Source: the human T2T-CHM13v2.0 reference genome, Homo sapiens
NCBI RefSeq assembly: GCF_009914755.1
Contig: NC_060929.1
Strand: one strand, 5' to 3'
DNA length: 64,000 nucleotides
In this document: one piece after another, positions 55,106 through 64,000 of the stretch
How the letters are laid out: every line of letters starts with the position of its first letter
Position numbering within the stretch: the stretch's first letter is position 1
Translations under genes and position numbers: made by a program
Notes under the pieces: generated by a model
Told to the model about the DNA's origin: nothing
Databases searched by the model: none
Seen by the model: the letters and a program-made list of their open reading frames with translations, nothing else

Positions 55106-55599
55106 AAGATAATCAAATGAAATCAAATGCTTAACCATGATAATATTACATCTCCCTCCTTGTGTGTTAAGTTTTGTCTTTAATACCTTGAGGACTTTTA
55201 ACACATTAAAGGCTCATCTGTGGGTCTAGGTGAAACAGTGACAGACATCCCTATGGAAGACAGAAGAGGGCACGTTATGGTGACCAAGGGCTTGCTTAGA
55301 AGCACAGGTGAGCCCAACCCCTGATTCCCAGAAATAACTCTCTGTATGTGTGTGTGCACACTGGGCATGTAGCCATGTAATAATTCTTACATGCAGCCAT
55401 GTAAGAATGGCTAAGGTGAAGGATGAAGGGTGAAAGTTCCTAAAGCTGACCAGTCAGGAAAGAAGCAACATTAAGCAAAGGTTAACAGTGTCTCACATAG
55501 CTAACATAGGCTGACTCTAAACATAATGAAAGGACTACACTAGAAGATAACCAACTTAGGGTCTAGAAATACTCTTTTGACTCACTCCCTCCACCCCCA

Positions 55600-56875
55600 T
55601 TGCTCGTTTCCTGGTTTTTGATCACTCCCTCCTCTCTGAGCACTCTTTTCCCTGGGTTTCCAGGACACCACATATTCCACGTCTTGCCCCTGCTCCCCTG
55701 ATTATTTGTTTTCAGCTTCTTTTGCTGGTTCCTTTGCCCAGCTTCTAAATGGTAAAGTGTTCCAGGACTCAGTCCTTGCACCTCATCTCTTCTTTGTCTA
55801 CATTCCCTTCGTTGGTGATTTTGTTCCATCTCAGGGTTTTAAATTTCACCTATACACTTATAATTCCCAAATTCATATTCCCAACCCAGGCCATTTCCCT
55901 GAGCTCTACAATTGTATATCAAATTGCCTACTCAATATATTCTTTTGGATATCTAAGAGGCATATGAAAATTGACAAGTCAGAACTAAACTGTTCTCTTT
56001 CCCCCACCACACTATTCTCTTCTACCCCTAAGTCCTTTCCATCTCAGGAAATGTCAATGCCAGTTGCTTAAGTCAAAATCTTTTGAAATATCCTTGACTC
56101 TCCTCTTTTCCCAAATCCCAGAAGCAATCTACCAGCAAGTACTCCTACATTACACCTTAAAAATATATCCTGAATCTTTTCATTTCTTAGCACTTCAATC
56201 TCACCACCTACCTGAATTATTATAATAGAGTCCTAATTGGTCTCTTTGTTTCTCCCTTCATACCCCTGGAGAATGCCCTCCACAAAGTCATATTTTATGC
56301 CTAAGGCAGGTCATACTCACTCTCATGCTCAAAATGCTCCAAAGTTTCCTACAGTAAATGCCTATCCTTACAATGGCCCAAAGGCCTACTACACTGTGTG
56401 CCCATCCACTGCCCTTTACTTCTCGGATCTCATTTCCTCCTAGTCTCCAGCTTACGCTGACTTTGCTTCTTTCTTGACCCTACTAAGGGCATTCATCCCT
56501 CCAGAATTTTGCTCTTGCCAGTTCCTCTGCCTGGATGCCCTTTCTTGAGATGGGTACTACTTCCTCCCCTCTTTCAGATTTTTGTTTATGTGCCACCTAC
56601 TCAGGGATGTCTTCCACCATAATTAATTTGCAACTACTTTTCACACCAGGAATTCACTCTCTCCTTCTCTTCTTTATTATCTTTCATAACATTTATGACT
56701 ACCTAGCACACTATGTATTTTACTTTTCTGTTAATTTTCTGTCTCCCCTCACCAGAAAGTTAGGGATTTTTGTCTATTTAGTTTACTATTGTTTCTATTG
56801 CACCTGGAACACTGACTGGTACATTGTACCTCTCCATTATAGAGCAGCTCAATGTTTGTTGAGGCTGAATACATG
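55600..56875 (+). mobile_element. L2a-like fragment
   Basis: ccaggactcagtccttg, tcagggttttaaatttcacctata, cagttcctctgcctggatg, gctcaatgtttgttgaggctgaat. Confidence 0.8.
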
Positions 56876-58339
56876 TTAAAATGCCACTCTTTGGAAGGGG
56901 TTTTCCTCTCCCTGCACTGGTATTAGCCTGTGGCCAAGGAGGGAGGTATGGGCTTAATGGCCAATACAGCCACTAGGCAGGGTCCAGGAAAAGGTAACAG
57001 ATTGTCAGAAAGAGGAAGCAGGCAAGCACCAAAGAAAACCCTTGCCTTCTCTTCCCACTGTTTATGCAGACAATGCATTCCAGAGGCTACTGTGATGGTC
57101 TGCAAGCGATTTCCAACTGAGCTTTATTTCAGCTAAGTAGCCAAGGGTAATCTGAATAAAAGAAATAAGGCAAGTTATTCACTTTCTAATTGCTACTTGC
57201 ACAACTTTTTCCTAATTGCATTTTCCATAGACAATTTGTGCCAAAATGAACATTCCACTAATGATGCTGGCAAGACAGTTTGTCAAACACTGACTCTTAG
57301 TGAATGTTACTATACAGACCTTGTTCTGGGCTCTGTTTTAGGTCCAAGAAATTCCACAGACATTCAATTTAGGAGGCAGTCAAATCTCATTCACCTACTT
57401 TTAGTATTAGCCTTGGCAGAGTTTGACTCCAAAGTGGCGCTCCCTCTCATTACTGGGCCCCTGCACATGAGTGAGTGTATGCCCTTGGAATGCTGGCAAA
57501 AATTTTAATCTAAGAAAAACGACCAGGAGACAAAAACTCCTGCAAAATTACCCAGAGAGCATCTCAAGTCAAATATAAATTTTTAATTTTCATTAACTGC
57601 CCTCGTGCGTGATCAGCACCGAACTCCACTTCTTCAATGACACAGGAGAGCTCAGTCTTCAGCCCAGGGGTCCTGAGTTGAGTTGCTGGGCTTGTTCTGA
57701 GATGAGTGTCTTAAAGTCTGAGAACTGACACTTCACACGTCCTCTATGCCAACCGGTATGATTTAATTGAGGAATTTTAGACCCATAGAGAGACAGGAAC
57801 TTTTGCAAGATGTGATGGAATCTAAATGGAACTTGGAATCACACAAAATTGGGAACAAAGGAGAGTTCCATCAGAGAATGGCATTGCACTTATTTGCTAA
57901 ACTCCTCTGCAATTAATTTTACTGCGCTATTAAAAGGAGAGATAGCCCTGGCCTGTGGTTTTGAGGAGTAGTAAATGAGACGTGCCTGGAAAGAGCTTCA
58001 TACATTGCAGTGCCCTGTATTTTTCTTCTTGCTCACTCGGGATCACACAGTAGTGGGCTGGGCCAGACTTAAAACATAGTTCTGTCTTTGAGTTCAGTGT
58101 TTTATTCCTATCACCTTAACTTTGTTGCAAGTGGAGAAACTACAGGGCAGAAAGGGTGTGCACCCACCTCTTCCCCCCTTCTATAGGACCCATAAAAACC
58201 ACACTGACACTGCCCAGAGAATGGAGAATGATCACTTTGCAAAAGAGATTTCTGGGATCTCTGCAAAGGTCCCAGTCCTTTGTCCTGCTTTCATGTTTGC
58301 AGTGAGCTCTCACACTTGCCTTTCTGAGGTTGAGAGGGA

Positions 58340-58550
58340 GTTTATCATCCAGAATAAGAGATAGGAACCGGATCAGATTGCTTAGGTTCAGATACTAGCT
58401 CCACCTCTCATTACTTTCATGGCCTCAGTCAAGTTATTTCAGCTCACTCTGCCTTTGTGACCCCATCTGTAAAATGGAGATAAAAGCAATACTTACCCTA
58501 TTGGGAGGTATAGATATGTATACAGAAAACACTTAGCTAATAATATTACT
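58340..58550 (+). mobile_element. MIR
   Basis: gcttaggttcagatactagctccacc...caagttattt...ccatctgtaaaatggagataa. Confidence 0.75.
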
Positions 58551-58771
58551 ATATTATAAAGAAAATCAGTGTATAGGTAGTGCATGTAATGTTACCTAGA
58601 GAAGACATGCATCATGGAATACCAGCACTAGACTTGTTTGTTTATGTGGATTTGTCTTGGTTTGGCAGACTTTAGGATACTGTCCATCTTCACAAAGTTT
58701 AGAAGTCCTGTCTTATTCTTGGGTATAAAGCAGCAACCCTATATGGACTGCTAAGAGAGACTGACACTTAG

Positions 58772-58932
58772 CTCTTGCTCCTCCCTCCCCTGCCCTCTCC
58801 TCCTCTCATCTCCACTTCTCTTCCATTCTCTCTTCTTCATTTTCCTTCGTCCTCTTCCTTTTCCTTTCTCTTTCCCTCCCTGTCTGTCCATCTGTCCCTT
58901 CCTTTCTCAATCTCCAACCCTTCCTGCCTTTC
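58772..58932 (+). repeat. CT-rich low-complexity tract
   Basis: Strongly pyrimidine-biased on the + strand. Confidence 0.85.
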
Positions 58933-59599
58933 ATTATCTAATAAAAAGCCGGATTGTTTTTTCCTTGGCATCCTACTCATCTTCATTTCCCTACACCTTG
59001 TCCTCCCTGCCCCTACTGTTCCCTGCAGTCTCGCAGCATTTGCAGGAAATAACACGTGTGTGTATGTGCATGTATGTGTGTTCTGTCATTTCTGTGGTGA
59101 CATCAAATTACAAATGCTTGCCAAAGCAAAGCCCTGCCTTCTTTATTCAAAATTTGTACCAGGTGACAGAAAAGTCCATAGTGATTACCTGGGCATCCTC
59201 ACAGTTACCATAACATCGAAAACTTGATCTTTGTTCAAGTGAAATAAAATCTGGAGAGCCTGGAGAGATAAAAGCAAAAAGTCCCTTGGGTCTTTGCCAA
59301 AATGACACTCTTGTGCTTTTTTCATTACTGATTCACAGCTCACAGTGGACAGTTTTCTTAGCATGTTACACACATCATTATATAAATCCACCAGTAACAT
59401 TTTAAGTTCCATAAGCAAAATTCTTATTATATTATTAGCTACTGAGGCTCCTCTAGGTGCCCTTAGACTGTTTCCTAACTCTGAACCCTAGGCCATTTTC
59501 CTTATCATCGTTTGTTATTGGGAAGTATGTTAGCCATGCAAGAAGTTAAAAAGGTAATATGTACATACCACCTGTCAAAAAACATGACAGATACAGCCT

Positions 59600-61572
59600 C
59601 TTGCCTTACTGTCAATTAATAAGGCTATGGAGACTTTTGTTTACTTATGTGTGTGGCTTTTTAAAAAACTTTTAACCTTCAGTGATGTGTTTTAAGTCTA
59701 TTTCTAGAATAGATAGTTCTTCAATTTAGCTTAATCACACGTATTTGTTTTTTTCTACTATCACATTTTGTGCTTTCCACTTATCTTGCTATTTTTATAC
59801 TTAACATTTTCTCCATTTAAAATCTTGTTAGAATTGATCAATATTTTCTTATTCTTTACTATGTTTTATTGATTTAGAAGCTAAATATTTTAGTTTTCTT
59901 TTTTATATTTGTTTTTAAATTTTCACTTATGTATAATTGAGAAAGTCAAAAGCAAATCAATAACTTTATACTTTCTGAACAGTATCTTAGAACAGTATTT
60001 TAGCTTTGAAGTTTGTCCACATTAAGTTAGTTCCTGAACCAATTTATCTGTTAGTCTTATAGTTTTTATAATAATTACTTGTATACATAAAACCACAAAT
60101 TTATCAATTCCTTTGCTTATCATTACTTCTTCCTTAGCTTTTCCTTTCAGGGAGAATTTAGAAATTTGCAGGTGAAGATCTTTTGGTGAAAAACATTCTC
60201 AATATTGTTTTTTAAAAATATGTTCTTAATTGTATCCTGCTTCTTGAAAGGTAGTTTTAAAAATTTTGGTATAAAATCTAGCTTGACAATTATTTTTCTT
60301 TAGCACTTTGGGTTATTATTCCTCTTCTACTTCCAACCTTTTTTTTAAATTTTAGACTGTCTTTTTCTTTATGGCTGTTATTAAGATTTTATATCTGTAG
60401 CATATTCTGGTTTAATTATCATGTGTTTAGGCATGGATTTGTTCATATTTACCTCGCTTGTGATTTAGTGTATTTTGTGAGCGTGATGATCCATGTCTTA
60501 CATTACTCCAGAAAATCCTTAGCCATTATTTGTCAATATTGCTTTTCATTTATCACCTGTGCTTCTTCTTAAGACTCAAACAAAAGGTATATTGGCCTTT
60601 CTCATTTTCCCCCCATGTCTTTTAATTACTTTTTTATGTTTTCCACATTTTATTTTATATATTCTGCATTATGGGCAGTTACTTTAGAATTATAATTGAG
60701 TCTATTATATCTGTTCTCTGTTGTGTCTAATATTGTATATTAACAACTCCTTTGATTACTTAATTTTAGTGACATACTTTCTTTTTTATTTTGTAGAAAT
60801 TCTATTAAAGTTTTTTCAAATCAGCCTGATACATTTTGAAGGTATCATATTTTTTTCATTTATTTTCATTTATTTAAACAGCATTAACACTTTAATGTTA
60901 CTACTTATTGATGATTCTGCAGTCTACTTTGAAGTGTAAGTGTGCTATTTCTTATATTTAATGGCTTGACCATGACACTTTACATACCCCATGTCTTATC
61001 ATTTGGGGCTATTATGCTTATGTTAGAAAGAAGGGAGAACTTTATTTAAGGAAACTTCATGTGGCATGAATTAAGGGTGTGAGTCCCTGGAGTTATTTTA
61101 TGCTTTCTTCTGCCAAGAGCATTCCTAGACTGGATGGCCTGACTGCTTTCATGCTATTATGCTTCTGTATTCCCAGACCATACAGGAGCATGCATTTGAT
61201 GCGAAATATGCTTAAGAGCACACCTCTGGTTACAAATTCTTAGAGGAGATCTTTTCACTTGGAGCCTAGGCCAAAAAGGACAAGCTTTCTCTGCTCATCT
61301 CCATAAACTAGTAGATGATTTTTGTCCTTAGACTTCTTCACAAAGGGTGTAGCTCTTTGATGGTTGTGGCTTTATCCAGGCATTTTAGTCAGTTCCTCAT
61401 CTTGCATAATCTCAACATTTGTCTCTTATGCCCTGATGACAGTTAAAAACCTAAGACCCTTCCATAGTTTGCCACCTTGGCTTTTGCCTCCTTTGTATTT
61501 CTTCTTAGGGAGGTTCCCTTATTTTCCTGAGTGAGCAGATATGGATTTAAATGTATGTTTGTTACATATTTT
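59600..61572 (-). mobile_element. Ancient antisense L1ME/HAL1-like relic
   Basis: T-rich; motifs tttctttagcactttg, atgtgtttaggcatggattt, aaatccttagccattatt typical of antisense old ORF1. Confidence 0.5.
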
Positions 61573-61577
61573 CATTA

Positions 61578-62697
61578 GGATGACCATTACCAAAAATCAC
61601 AAATAATAAATGTTGGTAAAGATGTGAGGAAATTGGAATCCTTGGGCATTGCTGGTCGGAATGTAAAATGCTGTAGCCACTACAGAAAACAGTATGGAAG
61701 TTCCTAAAAAATTAAACATACATTTACTATATGATCCAGAAATTTCACTTCTGGGTATATGATATAGTTTCGATGTTTGTCTCCTCCAAATCTCATGTTG
61801 AAATGTAATCTTCCATGTTGGGGGTGGGGCCTGGTGGGAGCCATTTTGGTCATGGGGGCAGATCCCTCATGAATGACTTCATGGTGGTAATGAATGAATT
61901 CTTGCTTTGTGAGTTCATGTGAGATCTGGTTGTTTAAAAGAGCCTGACACCTCCTCCCTCACTCTCTTGTTCTCACTCTTGCTGTGTGATACACCGGCTT
62001 CCCTCTTTGCCTTCTGCTATGACTGGAAACTTCCTGAGGCCTCACCAGGAGCAGATGCAGCCACTATGCTTCTTGTACAGCCTGAAGAACCATGAGCCAA
62101 AATTAACTTCTTTCTTTACAAATTATCCAGCCTCAGGTTCTTTCTTTATAGCAATGAAAGAACACATTATCACAGTATATACCCAAAAGAATTGAAAACA
62201 GGGATTTGAGTAGATATTTGTTCACAAATGTTTATAGAAGCATTATTCACAATAGCCAAAAGGTGAAAGCAATCCAAGTGTCCATCAGTGGATGAATGGA
62301 TAGACTAAAGGTGACATGTACATACGTTGGAATATTATTCAGTCTTTAAAAGGAAAGAAATTATGACACATGCTATAACATAGATAAACCTTCAAAACAT
62401 GCTAAGTGAAACAAGCCAGTCACAAAAGAACAAATGGTTTCAATTATGTGAAGTATTAGAGTAATTCAATTCATAGAGACAGAAAGTTGAATGGTGTTGT
62501 CAGGGGCTAGGGAGAGGAAAGAGGTGGAAGTTTTTGTTTATTGGGTGTGAAGTTTCTGCTTTGGAAGCTGGAAAAGTTCTGGAGCTGAACAGTGGTCATG
62601 GTTTCATGCTAATATGAATGTATTTAATAGCACTGAACTGCACACTTAAGAATGGTTAATTTTATGTTGTGTACATGTTACTACAATTTAAAAAAAC
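61578..62697 (+). mobile_element. L1MB3/4-like 3' fragment split by MSTB
   Basis: gcattgctggtcggaatgtaaaatg, caagtgtccatcagtggatgaatggata, gcactgaactgcacacttaagaatggttaa, A-tail. Confidence 0.88.
61760..62174 (+). mobile_element. MSTB solo LTR
   Basis: tgatatagtttcgatgtttgtctcctccaaatctcatgttg...; perfect 5-bp TSD gtata (61755-61759, 62175-62179). Confidence 0.9.
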
Positions 62698-64000
62698 AAA
62701 TATTTTTATTACGTTTTACCCAGCATAATTAGGTTTTATAATATCAGAACGTTTTCCAGGTTATTTGAACTTCATTTTTTTTTTCAAAAGAGGCATTTCT
62801 TTAATTATTTTACCTTTAGGACTTTTAAGCTTTTATTCTACTCCAATGTGTTGCTTAGATAAGTAAGTAAGAGAACAGAGAAAATGAAACGGGAGGCTTT
62901 GTTACTACATAGAGAATTCTTGCTTTCATTTAGTCTTTTTATTGGTAGAGTAGTTGTATTGTACAAATATAACAGGATTACAGGGATTTCAAGGCTCCAA
63001 CATGGGAAGCAGAGTAGAGCCTGACTGCATAAGAAATGGAACTGGCATTAAGGCAGCCCCATGTTCCCTCACCCTGTCTCTCTTCTTCGCATGTGATTTT
63101 TTATTCTAACAATTATCCCATTATCTTTACTTTTTCATTCACTTCAGTTTGTTGTAAACCATTTTAATTGACCAGGTCCTATTTGCCTGATGAAAATTCA
63201 TTATGTAATATTTTGGCATCTGCCCTTCCTAATAATTGCTGCAGGACCTTGGCTTCCCAATTTCAAACTTCTGAAAGGAATTTGATGTGCTGATGATTTT
63301 GAGTCTAATCATCTGGGCTAGATATGTTCATTAACTAAAAATAAACGCATAAGAATATTTCACTTCCCTGGCATCAATGTGAAAACTCAGTGTTCCCACT
63401 TCCCAGTGAAACTGGTGGAAAAAAACTTTTTTAAACCTCAACCATTTTAATTAAGCTTTTAGAAATGATTCCAAGGGCATTTAGCAAATGAAGACACAGT
63501 TATTCAAGAAAGCCTACTACACCCTGGTGAAAGAAAACAGTGAGAGTGTTTCATTTGAATGACAACCTGCTTCTTCCTTCCCACCATCCCAGCTTGACAT
63601 GATGGAACTGCACTCCAGATGGCCACTGCCAAGAACACAGGGCTTTCTCTTCCCCTACCTCCCAAACAGAAGTCTATGCTATCTTCCAAGGAGGGGAAGA
63701 ATATCAGCATTTCTCATACTGCTCCCAGATACAAGTTACAGAGGCTAAGTTTTAAGCAAGTATAGCCAACAGTTGGGGGCTCTTTTTTTTCCAACTAACC
63801 TCCACTGATGAGACATAAGGTTTACCTGGGACAGTTGCAAACACTGGAGCCCTCTCATCCCTGTCCTGGCTCCTAATGTAGAGGTTCTAAGCCAGGAGGG
63901 GCAAGCTGAGACCTGAGCCTACTGTACTCAATCCCTACCTCCCTGCTAAATGCCAGATCCTAAAGCAGGGGCGTCACTCAAAACAAGTTGTCACTTTCTC

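Noticed and set aside
58775-59227. 150-aa ORF
   Set aside because: Non-ATG start; open because of the CT-rich tract; no recognisable domain.

Overview
AT-rich, CpG-poor primate genomic DNA, almost certainly human given a very young AluYa-type element. It is intergenic or deep-intronic and dominated by transposable elements: old L1M copies, a full-length ~7.1 kb L1MA1-like LINE nested in an MLT1B LTR, a 5'-truncated L1PA2-like copy, an L1PA11-13-like copy, six Alus, LTRs (MER41A, THE1A, THE1B, MSTB, MLT1, MLT2), DNA transposons (Tigger3b, MER1B, MER30, MER5A, MER91A), MIR/L2 relics and microsatellites. I recognise no cellular protein-coding gene, RNA gene or CRISPR array; the longer ORFs are L1 ORF2 fragments or low-complexity/Alu artefacts. 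A few isolated splice-flanked segments could be exons of an unidentified host transcript. The most unusual signal is four short (32-100 bp) segments that interrupt old repeats and each match a sequence 1.5-3.4 kb downstream in the same orientation, consistent with ancient locally templated insertions. A separate diverged ~135 bp duplication has copies 1.36 kb apart. Subfamily names come from remembered consensus sequences, not a search, and I do not claim a new biological system.
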